Below, in pieces: positions 38,161 through 46,949 of a DNA stretch of 64,000 nt. The DNA comes from an uncultured Clostridia bacterium (GTDB lineage Bacteria; Bacillota; Clostridia; Christensenellales; Borkfalkiaceae): NCBI GenBank assembly GCA_944342025.1, contig CALVMD010000004.1, forward strand, positions 5,201 through 69,200. Reading direction: 5' to 3'. The translations under genes and the position numbers were made by a program. Each line of letters starts with the position of its first letter. Position 1 is the stretch's first letter. The notes below the pieces were generated by a model. That model saw nothing but the letters and a program-made list of their open reading frames with translations, was not told where the DNA came from and ran no database searches.

Positions 38161-39117
38161 ATGGTCATTTGCGTCGGAGAGATCCTTGCGGACATGATCG
38201 GAAAACCCGCCGAAGACGGCACGGTCGCATTCAGCCGCCATGCGGGCGGCGCGCCGTTCAACGTGGCGTGCGGCGTCAGGGCGTCGGGCGGCCCGGGCGG
38301 TTTCATCGGGCGGGTCGGAGACGACATCACGGGCAGATTCCTGATCGGGTTTGCCCAAAAGCAGGGACTCGACTTTTTGAAGATCGAAAAAGACCCCGAC
38401 CATAATACGACGCTCGCCTTTGTCGAGCTGGATGAAAACGGGGAGCGCAGTTTTTGTTTCGCGCGTAAGTTTGCCGCCGATTATAGGATCGCCGATCCCT
38501 TCGACGAAAGCTTTTCGGGGGCAGATATCGTACATATCGGTTCGCTGATGCTGAGCGAACCCATCGGAAGAAAGACTTGGGGGCGCGCTTTTGCCGCGGC
38601 AAAACGCGCGGGTAAAAAGGTCAGTTTCGACGTCAATTTCCGCAGCGATCTGTTCGGCAGCGACGAAAAGACGAGAGAGCTGTTTCTGTCCTGTATCGAG
38701 CGGGCGGACATCGTCAAGGTCAGCGAAGAGGAGCTTTGTTTCCTCTGCCGTGCGGAGCGCAAAGATACGCAGACGTGGTATGCCGAACCGCTTTTGCGGC
38801 TTTGCGGCAAAGATAAAATCGTTGCGCTGACGCTGGGCGCGGAGGGCTGCGCCGTGTGCTGCGGGCGTGAGATATACCGCGTGAACGCCAAAAAAGTTGC
38901 GCCCGTCGATACGACGGGGGCGGGCGATTCTTTTTACGCCGCATTCCTTTCGGGCCTTGACAGAAGAGGCTGTACCCCTTCAGCTGCGGCGGAGTCGGCA
39001 AAAGAAGCCAACGTCGCGGCGGCGTATACCGTCGCGCAGTACGGCGCGATCGTGCCCCTGCCGGACAGGGCAACGATCGAAAGGGAAGCCGCGGCGCTTT
39101 CGGCGGTCAGGATCTAG
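38161..39117 (+). CDS. PfkB family carbohydrate kinase (fructokinase-like)
   Basis: GGAPFNVA, SFDVNFR, KVSEEE, DTTGAGDSF. Confidence 0.92.
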   Translation: MVICVGEILADMIGKPAEDGTVAFSRHAGGAPFNVACGVRASGGPGGFIGRVGDDITGRFLIGFAQKQGLDFLKIEKDPDHNTTLAFVELDENGERSFCFARKFAADYRIADPFDESFSGADIVHIGSLMLSEPIGRKTWGRAFAAAKRAGKKVSFDVNFRSDLFGSDEKTRELFLSCIERADIVKVSEEELCFLCRAERKDTQTWYAEPLLRLCGKDKIVALTLGAEGCAVCCGREIYRVNAKKVAPVDTTGAGDSFYAAFLSGLDRRGCTPSAAAESAKEANVAAAYTVAQYGAIVPLPDRATIEREAAALSAVRI

Positions 39118-39140
39118 CGGTTGAACCGAATATATGCAAG

Positions 39141-39176
39141 ACAAAGAGCGGAGAGCTGTGTTCTCCGCTCTTTTGT
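39141..39176 (+). terminator. Intrinsic terminator
   Basis: aaagagcggaga-gctgtgt-tctccgctctttt. Confidence 0.75.
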
Positions 39177-39275
39177 GCGCTTTGCGCAATCCGCAGTGTG
39201 GTGAACGGAAGCATTTTAAAAAGTGAACGTTTCGCTCATTTTTTGAAAAAAAATAAATAAATTTTCGTCCATCTA

Positions 39276-39304
39276 TTGATTTTTTCCATGATATTCTTTA
39301 TAAT
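39276..39304 (+). promoter_or_regulatory. Sigma-A promoter of arabinose operon
   Basis: TTGATT-N17-TATAAT with AT-rich upstream element. Confidence 0.55.
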
Positions 39305-39339
39305 TATATACAGAATAAAAACAGGGAAGGGGTATTTTT

Positions 39340-40935
39340 ATGTCCAACAGCGTAAAAAAACTGATCCAGAGCGGCAAGACCGCGCTGGGCATCGAGTTCG
39401 GTTCCACGAGGATCAAGGCGATCCTGGTGGACGAAAACAACAACCCCATCGCGTCCGGCGCGCACGATTGGGAAAACCGTTTGGAAAACGGGATCTGGAC
39501 GTACACGCTCGACGACATCTGGACGGGCGTCAGACACTGCTATCAGGAGATGGCGGTGGACGTCAAAAACAAGTACGGTGTCACGCTCACGACCGTCGGG
39601 GCGATCGGCTTTTCCGCAATGATGCACGGGTACATGGTCTTTAACAAAGCGGGAGAACTGCTCGTTCCCTTCCGCACCTGGCGCAACAATAACGCGGCGC
39701 CGGCGGCGGATAAGCTCACAGAGCTTTTCAATTATCATATCCCCGCGCGCTGGTCGGTCGCGCATCTCTATCAGGCGATCCTGAACGGGGAAGAGCACGT
39801 AAAAGACATCGCTTTTCAGACCACGCTCGAAGGGTATGTGCACTGGAAACTTACGGGTAAAAAAGTGATCGGCATCGGCGAGGCGTCGGGCATGTTCCCC
39901 ATTGACATCGCGACCAAACAATATAACCCTGTCATGCTCAAGCAGTTTAACGATCTGATCGCGGATAAAAACCTTCCCTTCAAGATCGAAGATATTCTTC
40001 CCGAGATCCTCGTCGCAGGGCAGGAAGCGGGGCGGCTGACTGCCGAGGGCGCGAAACTTTTGGATCCTTCGGGCAATCTTATGCCCGGCATCCCGTTCTG
40101 CCCGCCCGAAGGCGACGCGGGCACGGGTATGGTTGCCACCAACTCCGTCAAAAAGCGTACGGGCAACGTTTCCGCGGGCACTTCCGTCTTTGCGATGATC
40201 GTTCTCGAAAAGGAGCTTTCAAAAGTTCATCCCGAGATCGACCTCGTTACCACGCCCGTGGGGGATCTCGTCGGCATGGTGCACTGCAATAACTGCACAT
40301 CCGACATCAACCAGTGGGTCGACGTGTTCGGCGATTTTGCGCGGCTGATCGGCGTGAACATGACAAAGGCAGAGCTTTTCAATGCGCTGTATACAGAGTC
40401 GGAAAGCGGCGACAAAGACTGCGGCGGATTGTTGGCGTATAACTGTTTCTCCAACGAGCACATCACGCAGATCGACGCGGGCAGACCCATGTTCGTGCGC
40501 ACGTCGGAAAGCAAGTTCACGCTCGCCAATCTCTTCCGCACGCACCTGTTCTCCGCGCTCGGCGCGCTCAAGGTCGGCTGCGACATCATGCTGAAAGACG
40601 AGGGCGTCAAACTGGATTCCATCACCGGTCACGGCGGCCTGTTCAAAACGCCGCACGTGGGGCAAAGCTATCTTGCGGCGGCGATCAACGCGCCCGTCAC
40701 CGTCATGAAGACGGCGGGTGAGGGCGGCGCCTGGGGCATCGCGATCCTTGCAAATTACGTCATCACCAAAGAAGACGGCGAAACGCTCGAGGATTATCTC
40801 GACCACAAAGTTTTTGCGGGGCAGGAGGGGGTCACGCTTGCGCCCGATCCCGACGATGTGGCGGGGTTCGACGCCTTTGCAAAACGGTATATCGACGGTC
40901 TTCCCATCGTGCGCAAAGCGGTGGAATGCATGTAG
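39340..40935 (+). CDS. FGGY family sugar kinase, probable L-ribulokinase
   Basis: [31 protein letters not shown]; upstream of araD and araA. Confidence 0.85.
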   Translation: MSNSVKKLIQSGKTALGIEFGSTRIKAILVDENNNPIASGAHDWENRLENGIWTYTLDDIWTGVRHCYQEMAVDVKNKYGVTLTTVGAIGFSAMMHGYMVFNKAGELLVPFRTWRNNNAAPAADKLTELFNYHIPARWSVAHLYQAILNGEEHVKDIAFQTTLEGYVHWKLTGKKVIGIGEASGMFPIDIATKQYNPVMLKQFNDLIADKNLPFKIEDILPEILVAGQEAGRLTAEGAKLLDPSGNLMPGIPFCPPEGDAGTGMVATNSVKKRTGNVSAGTSVFAMIVLEKELSKVHPEIDLVTTPVGDLVGMVHCNNCTSDINQWVDVFGDFARLIGVNMTKAELFNALYTESESGDKDCGGLLAYNCFSNEHITQIDAGRPMFVRTSESKFTLANLFRTHLFSALGALKVGCDIMLKDEGVKLDSITGHGGLFKTPHVGQSYLAAAINAPVTVMKTAGEGGAWGIAILANYVITKEDGETLEDYLDHKVFAGQEGVTLAPDPDDVAGFDAFAKRYIDGLPIVRKAVECM

Positions 40936-41052
40936 TAAGAGAGCGCCTCGCGCGGGCCGCTGCGAAAAATTTTGCGGAACGCGCGGAAAGCACGGCGGGT
41001 TTTCCGCTTGCGGGTATAAAATTTTTCCGATCGGAACAATAAGGAGTTATAT

Positions 41053-41754
41053 ATGTTAGAAGAACTCAAAAAAAAGGTATTGAAGGCAAATCTCGACCTC
41101 GTAAAAAACAAATTGGTGCTCTTTACGTGGGGCAACGTCAGTGAGATCGACCGCGAGAGCGGGCTTGTCGTCATCAAGCCGAGCGGCGTTTCGTACGACG
41201 ACATGACGGCGGACGACATGGTGGTCGTCGACCTGAACGGCAAGGTCGTGGACGGCAATCTCCGCCCGTCGAGCGACACGCCGACGCATATCGAGTTTTA
41301 TAAGGCATTCCCCAACGTGGGCGGCGTCACGCACACGCATTCTACCTTCGCTACGTCCTGGGCGCAGGCAGGGCGGGATATTCCCTTCTACGGCACGACG
41401 CACGCCGATTATTTCTACGGCGACATTCCCTGTGCCCGTTCTCTCACCAAAGAGGAGATCGAGGGTGAATATGAAAAGAATACAGGACTCGTCATCATCG
41501 AGCGGTTCAAAAAGGACAATCTGAATCCCATCGAGGTGCCGGGCGTCCTCATCAAGAGCCACGGCGTATTCGCGTTCGGCAAAGACGCCGACGGATCCGT
41601 TTACAACGCGACCGTCATCGAAGAAGTCGCAAAGATGGCGTTCATCACCGAACAGGTCAATCCGGACGTTCAGCGCGCGGATAAGTTCATGATGGATAAG
41701 CACTATCTGCGCAAGCACGGCAAAAACGCATACTACGGTCAGAGCAAACACTGA
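41053..41754 (+). CDS. araD: L-ribulose-5-phosphate 4-epimerase
   Basis: [43 protein letters not shown]. Confidence 0.96.
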   Translation: MLEELKKKVLKANLDLVKNKLVLFTWGNVSEIDRESGLVVIKPSGVSYDDMTADDMVVVDLNGKVVDGNLRPSSDTPTHIEFYKAFPNVGGVTHTHSTFATSWAQAGRDIPFYGTTHADYFYGDIPCARSLTKEEIEGEYEKNTGLVIIERFKKDNLNPIEVPGVLIKSHGVFAFGKDADGSVYNATVIEEVAKMAFITEQVNPDVQRADKFMMDKHYLRKHGKNAYYGQSKH

Positions 41755-41815
41755 CCCTTTGCGCGCACATAAATCAAATTCGCAAAAATAAATTTTTATC
41801 GAGAGGTAGATCGAA

Positions 41816-43273
41816 ATGAAAGAAAAAGTCGTATACTGGATCACCGGATCCCAGACGCTGTACGGGGCGGACGTCCTCGAACACGTCGCGCAGCATTCCG
41901 AAGAGATGGCAAATTATGTGAGCGAGCACGTTCCCGTTACCGTCAAGTATCTGACCACCTGCAAGAGTTCCGACGAGATCGAAGCGGCGGTCAAAAAAGT
42001 CAACGACGATGAAAACTGCATCGGTATCATCACATGGTGCCACACCTTTTCTCCCGCAAAAATGTGGATCCGCGGCCTTTCCAAACTGCAAAAGCCGATG
42101 TGTCACTTTGCGACCCAGTACAACGAAAAACTGCCCTATGATACGATCGACATGGACTTCATGAACGAGAACCAGGCAGCGCACGGCGACAGGGAATTCG
42201 GATACATCGTCTCGCGCCTGCGCATGGACAACAAGGTGATCGTCGGTTATTACAAAGATAAGACGGCGCTCAAAGAACTTGCCGATTGGTGCAAAGTCGC
42301 GGCGGGTTATGCGTTCTCCAAAAAGGTCAAAGTCTGCCGTTTCTCCGATAACATGCGCGACGTCGCCGTCACCGAAGGCGATAAGGTAGAGGCGCACATC
42401 GACTTCGGCTGGCAGGTCGATTATTATCCCATCGGCGACCTCGTCGAATATATCGAAAAAGTCACCGATAAAGAAGTGGACGCCATGATGGCGGAATACG
42501 CGAAAAAGTATACGATGGGCACCGACCGCATCGACGTCGTGCGCGAACAGGCGAAGTACGAGATCGCGATCGACAAATTCTGCAAAGAGAAGGGCGGTTA
42601 CATCGGTATCGTCGATCATTTCGGCGCGCTGCACGGGCTGAATCAGCTCCCCGGGCTTGCGATCCAGGATCTGCAGAGCAAGGGTTACGGGTTCGGCGCG
42701 GAAGGCGACTGGAAGATCGCCGCGCTTGGCGCCGTCATGCAGTATATGGCCGATCAGAAGGGGACCGGCCTCATGGAAGACTACACCTATGACCTCGCGG
42801 ACGGGCTGTGCCTCGGTGCGCACATGCTCGAAGTTTCGCCGCAGTTCGCCGCGACCAAACCCGAGATCCAGGTGCATCCGCTCGGTATCGGCGGCAAGTC
42901 CGATCCCGCGCGTCTCGTTTTCGAAGGGATTTCCGCTCCCGAGGCGATCGCCGTCTCCATGATCGACATGGGCGACAGGATGCGCCTCATCGTGCAGAAG
43001 ATCGAGCTCGTCAAATATCCGCACAAGATGCCCAACCTGCCTGTCGGCGGGCTGATGTGGAAGTATAAGCCCAACTTCAAAGAGGGCGTTGCCGCATGGA
43101 TCTATGCGGGCGGCGCGCACCATACCGTCGTTTCTTCGCAGGTCACGGCGCAGCAGATGGTCGACCTCGGCAATATGTGGGGTATCGAAGTCGTTCTCAT
43201 CGACGAAAACACCAAGATCGAACAGTTCAAAAAAGATCTTGCCTGGGCGGACGTCGTTTGGAAGAGGAAGTAA
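41816..43273 (+). CDS. araA: L-arabinose isomerase
   Basis: GSQxLYG, HTFSPAKMW, MDFMN.NQ.AHGDREFG, GAEGDWK, MEDY, GAHMLE, GGAHH. Confidence 0.95.
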   Translation: MKEKVVYWITGSQTLYGADVLEHVAQHSEEMANYVSEHVPVTVKYLTTCKSSDEIEAAVKKVNDDENCIGIITWCHTFSPAKMWIRGLSKLQKPMCHFATQYNEKLPYDTIDMDFMNENQAAHGDREFGYIVSRLRMDNKVIVGYYKDKTALKELADWCKVAAGYAFSKKVKVCRFSDNMRDVAVTEGDKVEAHIDFGWQVDYYPIGDLVEYIEKVTDKEVDAMMAEYAKKYTMGTDRIDVVREQAKYEIAIDKFCKEKGGYIGIVDHFGALHGLNQLPGLAIQDLQSKGYGFGAEGDWKIAALGAVMQYMADQKGTGLMEDYTYDLADGLCLGAHMLEVSPQFAATKPEIQVHPLGIGGKSDPARLVFEGISAPEAIAVSMIDMGDRMRLIVQKIELVKYPHKMPNLPVGGLMWKYKPNFKEGVAAWIYAGGAHHTVVSSQVTAQQMVDLGNMWGIEVVLIDENTKIEQFKKDLAWADVVWKRK

Positions 43274-43423
43274 AACAAGCAGTTTTCGCCCGCTTTTGCG
43301 TGTGAAACGACTATAAAAAACCGAAAAGGAAGGGGGCGGCAGTCTGCATATTGCCGCCTTTTTCCATTAGGGGTGCGTTAAAGACGCCCGGATCAAAAAT
43401 TTTATCACTTTGCGGAGTAGGCT

Positions 43424-45481
43424 ATGCTTTATAAGAAATATACATACGGCGATACGGACGTTTACTTTGTGCAGACGGACGAGACGGGGGCGGGACTGAT
43501 GATGTTTCCCGCCGGGACGGAAGCGGACATCGACGCGCTTTCGCCCGATCCCATGGTACAGGTCGCCCTGCGCGGGTCGAGAAACCTCATCGATTATACC
43601 CAGGGCGTGACGATGCGCAACCGTGCGAGTTCGGTCTTGCGGATCGTCTCGCAGAGTGCGGACCCAAGAGGCGTCTTGACGCATTTGTCGGACGGGGCGG
43701 GCAACGAATACGAGCATACTCTCCGTCACGACGCGGAAACGGGTATTTTTTCCGTGCGCGTCGAGTATTTCAACCGCACCGATCGAGAACAGGTTCTGGA
43801 GAGCTTGCAGAGCTTTTCTCTCAGCGGCATTTTCAATCCGCAGAATCCGTCCCCGACCGACGAGGGGCTGCGGCTTATCCGCATGACGAGCGCGTGGAGC
43901 CGAGAATGCCGCCTGAAAGAAGACGAGTTCTGCGATCTGGGGCTTGACATGAGCTGGGCGCGCTACGGCGTCAAGTGCGAGCGCTTCGGCGAGGTCGGGA
44001 GCATGCCCAACCGCGGATATTATCCGTTTGCGGCGGTCGCGGGCGGCGGGTGTACATGGTCGGTCATGCTGGAGGCGCCGTACAGCTGGCAGATCGAGGT
44101 CTATAAAGAAAAGGAGACGTGCGCGCTTTCGGGCGGGCTTGCCGATTACGAATTCGGGCATTGGTATAAAAAAATCCCCGCGGGCGGCGGGTTTAAAACG
44201 AATTTCGCTTATCTTCGAGTCAAGGCGACCGAAAATATCGACGACGTATGCAACGATTTCGTGCAATTTCAAGACGCGCGGCTGAAAGTGCCGGAATATG
44301 AAGAGTCGATGCCCGTCCTCTTCAACGAATACTGCACGACATGGGGCACGCCGAGCGAAGAGAATATCCGAGCCATTTTGGAGAGTATCAAAGGCCTCCC
44401 GATCGGAATTTTCGTCATCGACTGCGGTTGGTATTTGCCCGAAAACTGCGGCTGGTGCAACGCCATAGGGGACTGGGACGAGAGTAAAAAGCTCTTTCCC
44501 GACGGCATTTCGTCGGTCGTGTCCGCCATCCGCGCCGCGGGGATGAAGGCGGGCGTCTGGTTCGAATTTGAAAACGTCGGCTGCGACAGTAAGAAATTTT
44601 ACGACGAAAGTTCTCTCCTTCATCGAGACGGACATGTTCTGACATCTAAGAACAGGCGTTTCCTCGACCTGCGCAGGCAGGAGGTGCAGGCGTATCTGAA
44701 AGAAAAGATGCTCGATTTCCTTGCGGAAAAGGGATTCGAATACATCAAGATCGACTACAACGACACTTTCGGCATGGGCGGCGACGGGGCGGAGAGCCTT
44801 GGTGAGAGCGGGCGGCAGCTCACCGAACTCAGCCTCGATTATCTGGACAGGCTGAAAGAGGCCGTTCCTGAGATCGTTATCGAAAACTGTTCGTCGGGCG
44901 GTTCGCGCATAGAGCCGAAGCGCATGGGCATGGTCTCCATGTGCAGTTTTTCCGACGCGCACGAGTGCCGCGAGATCCCTCTCGTCGCGGCGAACGTCTC
45001 GCGCGTGGTGCCTGCACGGCAGAATCAGGTATGGGCGGTCATCCGCAAAGAGGATACGGTGGACCGCATTGTGTGGTCGATGACGGCGGCGATGTTCGGA
45101 CGGGTATGCATTTCGGGAGACGTGCATCTCATCGACAGCGCACAGAAAGCCAAGATCAAAGAGGGCATCGATTTTTACAATGCCGTCAAAGACGTGGTGC
45201 GCGGCGGACGCATCGCCGAGAGCTTTTGTAACGTAAGGTATTACCGCGATCCGAAGGGATGTCAGATCTATAAAAAGGTTTCAAAGGACGGCGGCAGGAT
45301 GCTGGTGTTGGCGCATTTTTTCGAACGCCCGCACGAGCGTTTCGACTGCGATGTGACGGGATACAAACTTGCGGCGGCGTATACGACGCTGGACTTTGAG
45401 GTAAAGAACGGTACGCTTTCGTTTCATCCGACGGGGGAATATCAGGGAGGCGCATTCCTCTTCGAGCGTGATGAAAACTGA
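43424..45481 (+). CDS. GH36 alpha-galactosidase-like glycoside hydrolase
   Basis: FVIDCGW, KLFPDG, GVWFEFE, YIKIDYN, ENCSSGGSR. Confidence 0.87.
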   Translation: MLYKKYTYGDTDVYFVQTDETGAGLMMFPAGTEADIDALSPDPMVQVALRGSRNLIDYTQGVTMRNRASSVLRIVSQSADPRGVLTHLSDGAGNEYEHTLRHDAETGIFSVRVEYFNRTDREQVLESLQSFSLSGIFNPQNPSPTDEGLRLIRMTSAWSRECRLKEDEFCDLGLDMSWARYGVKCERFGEVGSMPNRGYYPFAAVAGGGCTWSVMLEAPYSWQIEVYKEKETCALSGGLADYEFGHWYKKIPAGGGFKTNFAYLRVKATENIDDVCNDFVQFQDARLKVPEYEESMPVLFNEYCTTWGTPSEENIRAILESIKGLPIGIFVIDCGWYLPENCGWCNAIGDWDESKKLFPDGISSVVSAIRAAGMKAGVWFEFENVGCDSKKFYDESSLLHRDGHVLTSKNRRFLDLRRQEVQAYLKEKMLDFLAEKGFEYIKIDYNDTFGMGGDGAESLGESGRQLTELSLDYLDRLKEAVPEIVIENCSSGGSRIEPKRMGMVSMCSFSDAHECREIPLVAANVSRVVPARQNQVWAVIRKEDTVDRIVWSMTAAMFGRVCISGDVHLIDSAQKAKIKEGIDFYNAVKDVVRGGRIAESFCNVRYYRDPKGCQIYKKVSKDGGRMLVLAHFFERPHERFDCDVTGYKLAAAYTTLDFEVKNGTLSFHPTGEYQGGAFLFERDEN

Positions 45482-45547
45482 AAGACCGGAAAGCGGCGCG
45501 CGGCATTTTGCCGAGCGCCGCAAATTTTTATCATTTTGCATCTGTTC

Positions 45548-45615
45548 ATGCCGCAAAGCTATCGGAAGGCATGCAATATAAGTATTTGACATAAGAGAAA
45601 GGGGCGGACTATAAT
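45548..45615 (+). promoter_or_regulatory. LysR box plus sigma-A promoter, homologous to 9251..9317
   Basis: 37/45 identity to 9251-9295; TTGACA-N18-TATAAT. Confidence 0.7.
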
Positions 45616-45645
45616 AAAGGCAAAAAGGAAATGCGGAGGATGATT

Positions 45646-46782
45646 ATGATATACAGGGATTTTCAGGGACTCAAACTTTCGGCGCTCGGGTTCGGCACCA
45701 TGCGTCTGCCCGTTCTGAACGGCGAATACGGCGCGGTCGACAAGGCCGCCGCGGCGGAGATGTTCGATTATGCCGTCAAAAACGGGGTCAATTATTTTGA
45801 TACCGCGTGGGGGTATCACGACGGCGCGTCTGAAACGGCCGTGGGCGAGATCCTCTCCGCCTATCCGCGCGGCAGCTATTATCTGGCGACGAAGTTTCCG
45901 GGGTACGACCTTTCGAATATGGATAAAGTCGAGGAGATCTTCGAGGCGCAGCTTAAAAAATGCCGCACGGATTATTTCGATTTTTACCTCTTCCACAACG
46001 TGTGCGAAATGAATATCGGCGCATATCTGGACGAGAGCCACGGCATTTTCGCGTATCTGAAAAAGCAGAAGGGAAACGGACGCATACGTCACCTCGGCTT
46101 TTCCGCGCACGGCAGCTACAATGTGATCGAGCGCTTTTTGGAAAAATACGGCAAAGACATGGAGTTCTGCCAGTTGCAGATCAATTATCTCGACTGGTCT
46201 TTCCAGAACGCGAAAGAAAAGGTCGAACTCATCCGAAAACACGGCATTCCCGTGTGGGTGATGGAGCCGCTGCGGGGCGGCAGGCTCGCAAAGCTGTCTC
46301 CCGAAGAAGAGGCGAAACTGAAAGAGATGCGGCCGGACGAAAATATTCCCGCATGGGCGTTCCGTTTCCTTTTGGGTATACCGGGCGTCAAGGTGATCCT
46401 TTCGGGCATGTCGGACATGGAGCAGGTCAAAGACAATATCCGCACTTTTTCCGAGGATAAGCCGCTGTCCGAAAGCGAGCGGGCCGCGCTCCTCGAGCTG
46501 GCGGAAGGGATGTATAAGAATTCGGTGTTGCCCTGCACGGCGTGCCGTTACTGTACGAGCCATTGCCCGAAACACCTGGATATTCCCGATCTGATCAAGC
46601 TCTACAACGAGCATCGCTTTACGGGCGGCGGGTTTATTGCGCCGATGGCGCTGAGCGCACTGCCTGAAGAGAAATGGCCGAGTGCGTGCGTCGGGTGCCG
46701 CAGCTGCGAAAAGGTGTGCCCGCAGCAGATCAGAATCTCCGAAATGATGAAAGACTTTACCGCGCGGCTGAAAGGCGAATAA
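45646..46782 (+). CDS. Aldo/keto reductase with C-terminal 4Fe-4S dicluster domain
   Basis: LGFGTMRLP, NYFDTAWGY, LGFSAH, MEPLRGG, CTACRYC..CP, CVGCRSCE..CPQ. Confidence 0.92.
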   Translation: MIYRDFQGLKLSALGFGTMRLPVLNGEYGAVDKAAAAEMFDYAVKNGVNYFDTAWGYHDGASETAVGEILSAYPRGSYYLATKFPGYDLSNMDKVEEIFEAQLKKCRTDYFDFYLFHNVCEMNIGAYLDESHGIFAYLKKQKGNGRIRHLGFSAHGSYNVIERFLEKYGKDMEFCQLQINYLDWSFQNAKEKVELIRKHGIPVWVMEPLRGGRLAKLSPEEEAKLKEMRPDENIPAWAFRFLLGIPGVKVILSGMSDMEQVKDNIRTFSEDKPLSESERAALLELAEGMYKNSVLPCTACRYCTSHCPKHLDIPDLIKLYNEHRFTGGGFIAPMALSALPEEKWPSACVGCRSCEKVCPQQIRISEMMKDFTARLKGE

Positions 46783-46865
46783 GCCTGTGCGGGAAAACAA
46801 GGCCGTTCCGCCGCCGCGGGCGGCTTTTGCCGTTTCCCGTGTGAAAGGGTTATTTGAAAATTGAC

Positions 46866-46894
46866 TTGTAAATTTCACAATACTGTGTTATACT
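46866..46894 (+). promoter_or_regulatory. Sigma-A promoter of lon
   Basis: TTGTAA-N17-TATACT with TG extension. Confidence 0.55.
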
Positions 46895-46949
46895 ATACAC
46901 TAAGCGAAGAATTTCGCTTGCAGACCGATTGAATTATATAGGTACCATC

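Noticed and set aside
39219-39243. Imperfect palindrome upstream of the ara operon as an AraR or cre site
   Set aside because: Weak symmetry, no match to the AraR consensus, and no second copy found.
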